The notes under the pieces were generated by a model. That model saw only the letters and a list, made by a program, of their open reading frames with translations, made no database searches and had not been told where the DNA came from. Shown here piece after piece: positions 39,842-48,792 of a stretch of 64,000 nucleotides of DNA. The stretch lies in contig CAMDFR010000013.1 of the NCBI GenBank assembly GCA_945897725.1, positions 2,969 through 66,968 on the forward strand, in the 5' to 3' direction. The position numbers and the translations under genes were made by a program. The stretch is from Chitinophaga pinensis. Its GTDB lineage: Bacteria > Bacteroidota > Bacteroidia > Chitinophagales > CAMDFR01. Position 1 is the stretch's first letter. Every line of letters begins with the position of its first letter.

Positions 39842-41338
39842 CTATGATTGTAGCGCTAGTAGTAGGTCAACCATCTCTCTATCGTTTCTAACGCGCATCA
39901 CTTTGTTTTGTCCCCCCATTTTGCCTTGCGCTGTTAAATATTTTTCGAAAGTATGTGGGACAAGCAGGTTTATTTTTAGTGATTGGATGACCTGTCCAAC
40001 AATTAAATCTTTGTAATAAGAGTTTTTGGATTGCAATAGCTCATCGATATACGAGGCGATGAGGTCCATATCATGATTCATGCCATCGCATTCAATGAAC
40101 CATTCATGGTAAGGTAGGCCCTCTGATGGATTCACCTGAGGAGCCACTGTAAACTCTGTGACTTGAAGATTGAATTTTTCAATGGCTTTGGTCATGCAAT
40201 ATTCTATTTCTTCGATGATGACATGTTCACCAAATGCAGAAATATATTGACTAATTCGGCCTGTAACTTTGATGCGATACGGCTGCAATGAAGTAAATTT
40301 AATGACATCACCGATGAGGTAGGACCATAGTCCAGCATTCGTAGATAGAGCGATGGCATAATTTTTTTCGAGCGTTACTTCTCCAATATGCAATCGTTTG
40401 GGGTGTATGCTTTGCGTTTCTTTTTCTTCGATAAATTCATAAAATATACCAGCATCTAAATTGAGTAGAAGTCCATCCTGCCGTTGTTTGTCTTGGTAGG
40501 CAATAAAACCTTCGCTAGCAGGATAGGTTTCTATGCTATCGATGTCTTTGCCTATTAAGGCTTTTATCTTTTTTTGATAGGGTTGATAATTTACGCCTCC
40601 ATAGACCAATAGAGAAAGCTTTGGAAAAAGCGCCATCAAATTATTCTTTCCCGATTTCTTTAATAGCTGCTCGAAATACATCACCAACCAAGGAGGAATA
40701 CCGCTGATTAAAGTCATTGGTTCGGCTATTGTTTCTACAACAATAGCATCGACTTTTTGCTCCCAATTTTCAATGCAATTCACTGCATAGGATGGTTTTC
40801 TATTTTTGTGTAGATAGGCAGGTACATGATGATACATGATGCCTGAAAGTCTTCCAGTGGCTATGTTTGATTTGTTATCTAAAATAGGACTGCCTTGTAA
40901 AAAAATCATTTTTCCCTCGATAAAATCTGTGTTTCCTGTTTCATGTATATAAAAAAACAAGGCATTTCTTGCGGCGACTATATGATGATTGATAGACTCT
41001 TTTGTGATGGGAATATATTTTTCACCGCTCGTGGTGCCACTCGTTTTGGCAAAGTAGATTGGTTTGCCTTTCCACAACACATTTTCTTCGCCAGCGAGGA
41101 TTCTTTGAATATAGGGCTCTAATTTTTCGTAGACATGCAAGGGAATAGTATTGCTGTAGTGTTTGTAATCTTTGATTTGTGCAAAACGAAAATCTTTTCC
41201 AAATACAGTTTTCTCAGCACTTTGAAGCAATGTTCGTAGTAGCATCAACTGATTTTTTGCAGCATCTTGATGCAAGCGGTAATTTTTATGTACTGCTTGT
41301 TTTGCCCAAATTTTTGCTATGAAAGATTTTATTGACAT
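39842..41338 (-). CDS. GH3 auxin-responsive-promoter family (acyl-adenylate-forming) protein
   Basis: Motifs FAKTSGTTSGEKYIP (P-loop-like STGTT motif of GH3/ANL enzymes) and YGGVNYQPY...YPASEGFIAYQD. ATG 41338 (MSIKSFIAKIWAK) avoids an overlap with the divergent ribD. Confidence 0.8.
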   Translation of the reverse strand: MSIKSFIAKIWAKQAVHKNYRLHQDAAKNQLMLLRTLLQSAEKTVFGKDFRFAQIKDYKHYSNTIPLHVYEKLEPYIQRILAGEENVLWKGKPIYFAKTSGTTSGEKYIPITKESINHHIVAARNALFFYIHETGNTDFIEGKMIFLQGSPILDNKSNIATGRLSGIMYHHVPAYLHKNRKPSYAVNCIENWEQKVDAIVVETIAEPMTLISGIPPWLVMYFEQLLKKSGKNNLMALFPKLSLLVYGGVNYQPYQKKIKALIGKDIDSIETYPASEGFIAYQDKQRQDGLLLNLDAGIFYEFIEEKETQSIHPKRLHIGEVTLEKNYAIALSTNAGLWSYLIGDVIKFTSLQPYRIKVTGRISQYISAFGEHVIIEEIEYCMTKAIEKFNLQVTEFTVAPQVNPSEGLPYHEWFIECDGMNHDMDLIASYIDELLQSKNSYYKDLIVGQVIQSLKINLLVPHTFEKYLTAQGKMGGQNKVMRVRNDREMVDLLLALQS

Positions 41339-41401
41339 CTTAGAATAATCACAAAGGTAGGAATATTCAAAATGTATAGTTGAATAGCTTATTTTTGTTG
41401 A

Positions 41402-42442
41402 ATGAAGATGCATGAAAAATATATGCAACAATGCCTTGACCTAGCCTTAAAAGGATTGGGAGCTGTTTCGCCAAATCCCATGGTAGGAGCTGTTTTGGTG
41501 TATGAAGATAGGGTGATTGGCACGGGCTATCATAAGCGATATGGCGAAGCACATGCAGAAGTAAATTGTATAAATAGTGTGCAAGAAGCGGATAAGCCTT
41601 TCATTGCAGCCTCCACGCTTTATGTGAGTTTAGAACCCTGTTCCCATTTTGGGAAAACGCCACCTTGCGCTGATTTAATCATTGCCAATAAAATCAAAAA
41701 GGTAATTGTAGCTTGTTTAGATCCTAATCCCTTGGTGGCAGGTAGAGGTGTTGAAAGGCTGGAAGCAGCTGGAATACAAGTGGTAACGCATGTGTTGGAA
41801 CAGGAGAGTAGAAAAATAAACAAACGATTTATTGTTTTTCATGAACAAAAAAGACCCTATATCATTTTGAAATGGGCCGTTTCTGTGGAAGGGAATTTTT
41901 GTCCCAGCGATAAGTCAAGTTTTTGGTTGAGCAATGACGAAAGTAAAAAAATGGTGCATCAATGGAGAAGTGAAGAAGATGCAATTTTGGTTGGCAGTGG
42001 TACAGCCTTAGCCGATAATCCTTCCTTGACGGTTAGAGAATGGCAGGGGAGAAATCCAGTAAGAGTAATGCTGGATAGAGATTTGAAGACACCTATCCAT
42101 TTTAACATTTACAATGAAGAAGCAAATACCATTGTTTTTAATCTACATAAGAATGAGGAAAGAGGTCATGTTCAATGGATACAATTGCCATTAAAAAATT
42201 TTATAGAAGCGGCCATGAAAAAAATGTATGACCTACATATTCAATCGGTGATTATTGAAGGAGGATTGGATATTTTAAATCAATGTATGTCGCTCCGTTA
42301 TTGGGACGAAATACGCGTGATTCAAAGCAATACTTCTTTGATAGATGGCTTGAAAGCACCAAAAATACAAGAGAAATCACTGCATCAGCAACAGCTCAAG
42401 CAGGATCTTATTTACTATTATCATAACGAACAAAATCTATGA
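41402..42442 (+). CDS. ribD: Bifunctional riboflavin biosynthesis deaminase/reductase RibD
   Basis: CMP/dCMP deaminase zinc motifs HAEVNCI and PCSHFGKTPPC, plus a C-terminal RibD reductase domain. Confidence 0.93.
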   Translation: MKMHEKYMQQCLDLALKGLGAVSPNPMVGAVLVYEDRVIGTGYHKRYGEAHAEVNCINSVQEADKPFIAASTLYVSLEPCSHFGKTPPCADLIIANKIKKVIVACLDPNPLVAGRGVERLEAAGIQVVTHVLEQESRKINKRFIVFHEQKRPYIILKWAVSVEGNFCPSDKSSFWLSNDESKKMVHQWRSEEDAILVGSGTALADNPSLTVREWQGRNPVRVMLDRDLKTPIHFNIYNEEANTIVFNLHKNEERGHVQWIQLPLKNFIEAAMKKMYDLHIQSVIIEGGLDILNQCMSLRYWDEIRVIQSNTSLIDGLKAPKIQEKSLHQQQLKQDLIYYYHNEQNL

Positions 42443-43326
42443 TTTATTTAATAGCGAGTGTTTGCTGCTCCACCTTATTGGTCATTATTCTTAAACTGTT
42501 TCCTAAGTATGGAGTCAATACCCTGCATGGAATAGTGGTGAATTATTTTACCTGTGTTCTTTTTGGTGCTTTGCTTCATCATGTGAGCATCCAGCAAATG
42601 CAAGCAGCCTTTACTCAAGATTGGATATTCCCAACTATTATTTTGGGATTTTTATTTATCGTTATTTTTAATTTGAGCGGCATTTCTAGTCAGAAGATTG
42701 GGATTTCTGTTACTTCTATGTCTATGAAGTTGGCTTTGGTTTTCCCGATTTTATTTGGCTTTATTTTTTATCACGAAAAAGTGATTTTGATAAAGATGGT
42801 GGGTATAGTATTAGCGATTGTTGCCGTGGTATTGAGTTCGCTGAGTGCACCGAAACGCGAACAAAAACATGACAATAATAAATGGTTGTTTTTGCTTCCG
42901 ATCATCGTTTTTATTGGCAGTGGTGCTTGCGATTCTTTGGTTCAGTTTACCCAAAAAAAGTATTTTACAAATGGTGGTTTTGAAAGCTTTTCTATTATGT
43001 TGTTTCTGATTGCTTCTCTTGCTGGACTTGTTTTTGCTGTACTTATGTATGTTAGAAATAGAGAAAAGTTAAGCATGCGAAGTATGATTGGTGGATTGCT
43101 TTTGGGAGTGCCTAATTATTTGAGTTTATATTTTCTTTTAAAAGTTTTGGTGACGACGGGATGGGAGAGCACTATTGTTTTTCCATTGGCAAATATTGGT
43201 GTGGTGGTTACTTCAGCGATTGTGGGTATTTTGGTTTTCAAAGAAAAACTATCCAAAATAAATATTGTTGGTATTGTCGTTGCTGTGCTTGCTATTGGAT
43301 TGATTATTGCTGCAACAAAGGGCTAG
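42439..43326 (+). CDS. DMT/EamA-like 10-TM membrane transporter
   Basis: Two similar five-TM halves. ATGA overlap with the ribD stop. Confidence 0.65.
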   Translation: MIYLIASVCCSTLLVIILKLFPKYGVNTLHGIVVNYFTCVLFGALLHHVSIQQMQAAFTQDWIFPTIILGFLFIVIFNLSGISSQKIGISVTSMSMKLALVFPILFGFIFYHEKVILIKMVGIVLAIVAVVLSSLSAPKREQKHDNNKWLFLLPIIVFIGSGACDSLVQFTQKKYFTNGGFESFSIMLFLIASLAGLVFAVLMYVRNREKLSMRSMIGGLLLGVPNYLSLYFLLKVLVTTGWESTIVFPLANIGVVVTSAIVGILVFKEKLSKINIVGIVVAVLAIGLIIAATKG

Positions 43327-43499
43327 GCTTTTGAAATATTGAAATTGTTACACAAATAATATGTACATCAACCTAAGAATTAATATCTAGAGTTAATCTT
43401 GTTTGAAATTGTTTATGTACATTACTTTTTTTACTATAATGTTGGCTTTTCACTTTCCAATTTGGCTTTAACAGTGATGGTTGCTTGTGCTTGTCATGT

Positions 43500-43685
43500 T
43501 TACGTCACTTTTTCCTTGATGAAAAAGTAACCAAAAAATCAAGGCCTGCACCGGCTAGGGCTAAAACTGACATTTCGTTTCGCGGCACAAAAAAAACTCG
43601 CTTCGCTCAAACAGTTTTTTGTGCTTATCGCTCCACTTCATTTAGTTTTTAGCACCTACTCACTGAGGGCCATCCCTTCGTTCCA
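43500..43685. repeat. GC-rich multi-hairpin intergenic element(s), copy E (compound)
   Basis: Hairpins CCTTGAT-(17 nt)-ATCAAGG (43514-43544) and GCACAAAAAAAACT-...-AGTTTTTTGTGC (43585-43624). The GC-rich connectors contain AGGGCTAA, TTCGTTTCG and GAGGGCCATCCCTTCG. Confidence 0.6.
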
Positions 43686-44061
43686 TATCATAATTCCATA
43701 TAAGTAGATGCATGTTCTCAAAAAACTAGCATTTGCATGCGCATCAATTTAAGTGCAACAGGGGCTGCAGCAAGTATCGCGTACTGCATTATACCAAAAC
43801 GATCTACAAATCAGTCCAATCTACTGGTTCTTTTTCTTCTATACTGCTTTAAAAAATAATTCCATACTCATTGCTATGAAATGATTTTTTGCATTGTCTC
43901 GAATAAAAATAACTACGCATCTTTAGACTGCTTTATAAATCCATTTGGTATAAGACCCGATCGCTTTGCTTTTTTGATTTGGCAAAGCGAGTTGCCCTCC
44001 AAACAATTAGTCCATAGAAGCTGCATTTGATGTTGTATTTTTATATTCTAATTATATTGAT

Positions 44062-44667
44062 TTGTTTGAGTATCTGACCATAGCTTCGGCGCAGCAAATT
44101 GAGTACAAGGAAAAGGCTTCAAAATTTATTGCTTATGCCTATCCGGTGTTTGATGAGTCAGCGATTAAAGAAGCCTTAGAAACACTGTGGGGATTGCATC
44201 CTAAGGCGACGCATATTTGTTATGCCTATCGATTGGGAGTGGATAAAACAAATTATAGAGCCAATGATGATGGGGAGCCGGGAGGTAGTGCGGGCAAACC
44301 AATTCTAGGGCAAATTGATTCCAAAGAATTGACTTTTGTTTTGGTAGCGGTGGTTCGTTATTTTGGTGGTACTAAGCTGGGCATACCAGGCTTGATAGAG
44401 TCTTATAAAGAATCTGCAAAGGAGGTTTTATCCCTTTGCACTATTGTTACGGAGAAGCTGAAGGTACTGTACAGCCTAGGTTTTAGCATGGAGTTTTATA
44501 ATGATGTGATGCATCATCTCAAAAAAAATAAAGTAGCCTTGATGCAACAAAACTTTACGGAACAATGTCTTCTAGTGATAGAAGTTGAAAAGCAGAGAGA
44601 AAATGCTGTGATAGAAAGTTTGGAAGCCCTTTATCACGTAAATTTGTTGATAGAAAAAACATCATGA
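44062..44667 (+). CDS. IMPACT/YigZ family protein (UPF0029)
   Basis: KASKFIAYAYPV...HICYAYRLG...ANDDGEPGGSAGKPIL matches the YigZ N-terminal domain signature. TTG start. Confidence 0.85.
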   Translation: MFEYLTIASAQQIEYKEKASKFIAYAYPVFDESAIKEALETLWGLHPKATHICYAYRLGVDKTNYRANDDGEPGGSAGKPILGQIDSKELTFVLVAVVRYFGGTKLGIPGLIESYKESAKEVLSLCTIVTEKLKVLYSLGFSMEFYNDVMHHLKKNKVALMQQNFTEQCLLVIEVEKQRENAVIESLEALYHVNLLIEKTS

Positions 44668-46508
44668 AAAAATCTGTAATCCTCCTTTTTTTTTATTTGT
44701 TGCTTGTCATGCAAAGCAAAGGTCAAGATAAGCGTATAAACATCGCTTTTTCTGAAAACCCTTATATACAAATACCTAGCATCGACAATGTACATGCGCG
44801 TATTGATTTAGCATTGAATGAAAAGTCTGTTCTAGAATGGCTTAATATTTCATATCCCTCGCTTTTTTTATCTGGTTCTTCCATACAAATCCAAGCAATT
44901 ACAGAAAGTCCATATACCAAACATTATTTATTTCAGCAATTGTTTGAGGGCATTCAGATTTATGGTCATTATATAAAAGTAAATGTAGAAAAGAACGGTT
45001 CTATTATCAATGTGGTCAATAATACAAGTCATACAGAACAATGGAATATGGACCTTATTTTGTCAGGTGCGTTTGAAGGCAGAGGCATGTTTTCTTACGC
45101 AGATGCAAACGAACAGCAGGTGATTTATCTAGCCAATGATGGTCCCCATTATGGTAAATTGATTCTTTTAAATACCAATGATAAAAGCAGTGATACCAAA
45201 GATTATTCAACCTCAATTTTAATCAATAAAGATAAAGTGCTTTGGACGACAGATTTGCATGCTTATTTTGCGCATGATACGATTGCCAAGGCCTATGTGT
45301 TTCGTCCCGATCCTCTTAGTTCTGCAGGCGTTGAGTATGGTGGTGCCTATGTAGATAATAATGATTCCACAAATGCCTCACTAAACAATCAGCGTGTATT
45401 GGTGAACTTACCTGTGATGGATACTTTAGATACTTTTTATGTAAGAAATAATTATTGTGCGATCATTGATTTTGCGCCACCTTTTAAGTCAGTCATCACA
45501 GCTATGAATGACTCTTTTCTTTTTACTAGATATGATGATGCCTTTGAGGATGTGAATGCCTTTTACCATATCAATACCATACATGACTATGTGAATGATT
45601 CTTTGGGTTTCTTGTTGGTTAATTATCCCATCATGGTAGATCCTCATGCGGCGGGTGGTGCAGATAATTCTTTTTTTAGTTATTCTACCACTCCACCCTC
45701 TTTGCAGTTTGGCGAAGGAGGCGTGGATGATGCAGAAGATGCAGATGTAGTGGTTCATGAATATGGTCATGCTATATCTTATGCTGCCGCTCCATTGACG
45801 AATCTGGGAAGAGAGCGACAAGCCATTGATGAAGGCTACTGCGATTATTTGGCGACCTCTTATAGCAAGGCATTGTTTAGCTATCATTCTGATAGTATGT
45901 TTACATGGGATGGGCATAATGTTTTTTGGCCTGGACGAGTAGCGAATACCACGCGAGCATATAATCCATTCGATAGTACTGGAACCTATGTGAATGGAAG
46001 TATTTGGTGCAGTGCCTTGGTAGAAATTGAAGGCAAACTTGGAAGGGAAAAGACAAATAAATTGGCCATTCAAACCATGTATTTAGAGGCCGCGAATACC
46101 AAGATGCCATATGCAGGACTCATGCTTTTAAAGGCCGATACGATTTTATATGGTGGGGTAGATTATTGTTTTATTGTACATTCTCTATACACTCGAAACC
46201 TAATCGATAATAGCTATGCAATGCTTTGCGATTTTACGGGCGTTGAAACCCCGAGTACGAATCAAGATGCTTTTCATGTTTTGAATGAAGCTGGTTTTGC
46301 GAGTGGAAAAGAACCACTGATTGTATGGAATCGTCAAGCGCAACATGCGGAAATTAATTTGTACAGTATCAATGGAGAATTGATTTCGAGTATGCATTCC
46401 AACGCTATGATGAATGAGGTATCACCTTCTTTATTGAGCAGTGGTTTTTATGTTTTGCAAATTAGAGCAGCGCATCAAGTATTGAATCAAAAACTGATAA
46501 AGTATTAG
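44664..46508 (+). CDS. Secreted zinc metalloprotease (thermolysin/fungalysin-like clan MA) with a T9SS-type C-terminal domain
   Basis: Signal peptide. HExxH (VVVHEYGHAIS) and a downstream Glu motif (IDEGYCDYLATSY). The C-terminus NLYSINGELI...LSSGFYVLQIRA...KLIKY resembles a T9SS sorting domain. ATGA overlap with the yigZ-like stop. Confidence 0.7.
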   Translation: MKKSVILLFFYLLLVMQSKGQDKRINIAFSENPYIQIPSIDNVHARIDLALNEKSVLEWLNISYPSLFLSGSSIQIQAITESPYTKHYLFQQLFEGIQIYGHYIKVNVEKNGSIINVVNNTSHTEQWNMDLILSGAFEGRGMFSYADANEQQVIYLANDGPHYGKLILLNTNDKSSDTKDYSTSILINKDKVLWTTDLHAYFAHDTIAKAYVFRPDPLSSAGVEYGGAYVDNNDSTNASLNNQRVLVNLPVMDTLDTFYVRNNYCAIIDFAPPFKSVITAMNDSFLFTRYDDAFEDVNAFYHINTIHDYVNDSLGFLLVNYPIMVDPHAAGGADNSFFSYSTTPPSLQFGEGGVDDAEDADVVVHEYGHAISYAAAPLTNLGRERQAIDEGYCDYLATSYSKALFSYHSDSMFTWDGHNVFWPGRVANTTRAYNPFDSTGTYVNGSIWCSALVEIEGKLGREKTNKLAIQTMYLEAANTKMPYAGLMLLKADTILYGGVDYCFIVHSLYTRNLIDNSYAMLCDFTGVETPSTNQDAFHVLNEAGFASGKEPLIVWNRQAQHAEINLYSINGELISSMHSNAMMNEVSPSLLSSGFYVLQIRAAHQVLNQKLIKY

Positions 46509-46533
46509 CAGCGCTTGGCACAGCGTCCAAGTA

Positions 46534-48120
46534 CTATGACACCATTGTCATCTCTTGCTCGAAGACATTGAAATGGCTAATCAAAGTATCGATCAATGCT
46601 GGTCCATATTTTATGTAATACATCAGGAAGCTATCATGTCTTTCTTGTAAGATGCCCTCTGGAAAAATTTTATCTTTGGTGTTTTTTATTGCCAGCAAAT
46701 CTTCATCATACTTTCTTTTGTATGCTTTTAGCAGCTTGGCTTCTAGCATGTCGATTCCATTTTTTATTTTTTGTTTCTCTGCTTCTGCTGATTGCAATAA
46801 AGTTTTGTCAATATCTGTAATGGCGATAGATAGATGTTCGTAGGCGGCAATAATATCTTCTTTATACTTGTCAAGAGAAATCGATTGCTCCGCGTGTGTC
46901 TCAATATATTGTTTTTCTAATTCATGTACTGGTCGAAAAATATCTTTGTTCCCGAAACCTTGTTGAAGAAATTTCTGTTTACTTTTTTCATCCCATACCA
47001 TTGCTGTGTCACGCATCAGCAGCATTGGGTAATTTATATTATAGTGTTCAAAGAGCGGCTTTAACTGTAGCCAATAGGATAGTTCACCGGCACCGCCAAC
47101 GAATGCGAGATTAGGTAACATCATTTCCTGAAACAAGGGACGCAGAATAACATTGGGGCTAAAACGTTCTGGCGACTCATCAGCTAACTTCAATATCTCT
47201 TCTTGCGTAAATTCAAGCGTGCTATTATTTATTTTATATTTTCCTTCTTCGAAAATAATTCTTTCGCGACTGGTGTCGGTAAGGTAGAACAGATTGATGT
47301 TGCGAGGAGTGGCTTGTATTTTGTAATGGCTGGAAAGGAATGTAAGTGTTTCTTGAATGAGTTGAATGGAGTTTCTTTCAATTAATTCTTCTTTGATCAC
47401 CTTTTTGAATGCCTGTTTCAGTTGTGCGTCATCCTGATTCAAAATCACTAATCCATATGCGGAAAAGAGGGCATTTACAAATTTTTGTACGCCATCTGCC
47501 AAAGTATTTTCTGGTTGGAAAGAATCCTTTAAAATATTTTTAAGTTCTATTGCATTGCTTGATTCACCAAGCACTTCAGCCACTTTTTGGAATACAGTTT
47601 CTATGCTCTCGTCCAATATCAATCGACCTACGGGACCTGTACTTTCTCTTTCCCAACTATATTTTTTATTGAAAAGAAAAAGATGATTGACTTCTTCAAA
47701 ATCATGATCCTCACTACCCATCCAATAGACTGGTACAAAGGTATAGCTTGGATATTGTGCTTTTAATAAGCGGCAGGTCTTGATGGTGGAAGCTATTTTA
47801 TAAATAAAGTACGCAGGACCGCCAAATAATAGTGGTTGATGCGCCGTAGTAATAGTGAATGTTTTTTCATCCAACAAAGCTTTTATATTGGATTTTGTTG
47901 CATCACTTGTGTTGACGTTTTTATATTGATTTTTCAAAGTTTCCACCAAATTGATTCTAGACGGCGCATCAAAGTTTTTATCTTTGATGATTGACTCGAA
48001 GGATGCTATGTTTGGTTGATATTTATAGAGGGCTTGCAAGTTGTTGTTGGGCGATAAATAATCTAGCAACAAGGCTGGTAAGATGGCGGTATCTACTAAT
48101 GGAATTTTTTCAATCGTCAT
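46534..48120 (-). CDS. bshC: Bacillithiol biosynthesis cysteine-adding enzyme BshC
   Basis: 528 aa. N-terminal (TAHQPLLFGGPAYFIYKIASTIK) and mid-protein (AFVGGAGELSYWLQLK) signatures are typical of BshC. Confidence 0.82.
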   Translation of the reverse strand: MTIEKIPLVDTAILPALLLDYLSPNNNLQALYKYQPNIASFESIIKDKNFDAPSRINLVETLKNQYKNVNTSDATKSNIKALLDEKTFTITTAHQPLLFGGPAYFIYKIASTIKTCRLLKAQYPSYTFVPVYWMGSEDHDFEEVNHLFLFNKKYSWERESTGPVGRLILDESIETVFQKVAEVLGESSNAIELKNILKDSFQPENTLADGVQKFVNALFSAYGLVILNQDDAQLKQAFKKVIKEELIERNSIQLIQETLTFLSSHYKIQATPRNINLFYLTDTSRERIIFEEGKYKINNSTLEFTQEEILKLADESPERFSPNVILRPLFQEMMLPNLAFVGGAGELSYWLQLKPLFEHYNINYPMLLMRDTAMVWDEKSKQKFLQQGFGNKDIFRPVHELEKQYIETHAEQSISLDKYKEDIIAAYEHLSIAITDIDKTLLQSAEAEKQKIKNGIDMLEAKLLKAYKRKYDEDLLAIKNTKDKIFPEGILQERHDSFLMYYIKYGPALIDTLISHFNVFEQEMTMVS

Positions 48121-48149
48121 AAAACAAAGTTATAGATAAATAGGTGATT

Positions 48150-48788
48150 ATGTTACAAAACCAAATACCTTATAAAATAGTTTCAGATCGACTCATCATT
48201 CGTTGTTATGAGCCAGCAGATGTATGGATGCTCAATGAGTCTGTCAACAGAAGTCAAGCGCATCTACTTCCTTATATGTCTTGGGCGGTTGATGGGCCAT
48301 TTGACTTGCAACATCATGTCAATTATATTCGTACTACCCGTTCTAGATTTGATAGGGATGAGGATTATACCATGGGGATTTTTCTCAAAGACAGTGGGCT
48401 GTTTATTGGTGGGGGTGGATTGCATAAAAGAGTAGGTCCCAATGCCATAGAAATCGGTTATTGGATTGATGTAAACCATATTAAAAATGCTTATGCAACT
48501 GAACTTACAAAAGCTTTGGCAAAAGTTGCATTTGATATCTTAGGCATACAAAGGGTGGTGATTACTATTCATGAGAAAAATGAATGGAGCAAAAAAATAC
48601 CCATCAATTTGGGTTGGAAATATGAAGGGACTGAGAGAAGAAAATTTACAGACTATCTAGGAATGGTGCATGATATTGAAAGCTATTCTATGTTTGCGGA
48701 TGAGTATAGACAAGGTGATTTGCCGAATACCTTTATTCAAGCAACAGATTTTTTGAATAGAGAGATTATCCTAGCAACTAACTTTTAA
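48150..48788 (+). CDS. GNAT family N-acetyltransferase (RimJ/RimL-like)
   Basis: RLIIRCYEP...IEIGYWID...Q/RxxGxA-like (NAYATELTKAL) layout typical of RimJ/L-type GNATs. Confidence 0.75.
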   Translation: MLQNQIPYKIVSDRLIIRCYEPADVWMLNESVNRSQAHLLPYMSWAVDGPFDLQHHVNYIRTTRSRFDRDEDYTMGIFLKDSGLFIGGGGLHKRVGPNAIEIGYWIDVNHIKNAYATELTKALAKVAFDILGIQRVVITIHEKNEWSKKIPINLGWKYEGTERRKFTDYLGMVHDIESYSMFADEYRQGDLPNTFIQATDFLNREIILATNF

Positions 48789-48792
48789 TCCT

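Noticed and set aside
41339-41401. Riboswitches upstream of ribD (FMN), of panB (49816-50038) and of kup (35034-35183; c-di-AMP or K+-related leaders).
   Set aside because: The ribD leader is only about 63 nt and is shared with a divergent gene. The panB and kup leaders show no conserved riboswitch core sequences that I can recognise. The kup leader mainly shows a -7-like TAATTTTG box, with complement at 35059-35066.
43327-44061. Possibility that the ORF-free region encodes tmRNA, RNase P RNA, SRP RNA or 6S RNA.
   Set aside because: I could not find the diagnostic strings. Missing are a tmRNA acceptor/T-arm with a tag ORF ending ...ALAA, the RNase P GAGGAAAGTCCGGGC-type P4 region, and the SRP domain IV GGAAG/AGCAG motif. 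This is a by-eye rejection only, and a cmscan would be definitive.
45489-46073. 194-aa antisense ORF inside the metalloprotease gene. Similar long antisense ORFs include 14579..15115, 2549..2929, 10649..10996, 34579..34959 and 50509..50926.
   Set aside because: All lie fully within, and antisense or out of frame to, genes with strong motif support. Their translations are Cys/Ile/His/Arg-rich with no motifs. This is the expected antisense reading of AT-rich coding DNA.
46509-46533. Short GC hairpin (CTTGG-cacagcgt-CCAAG) between the convergent protease and bshC genes, considered as a bidirectional terminator.
   Set aside because: The stem is only 5 bp and there are no flanking T or A runs. 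This is too weak to call.
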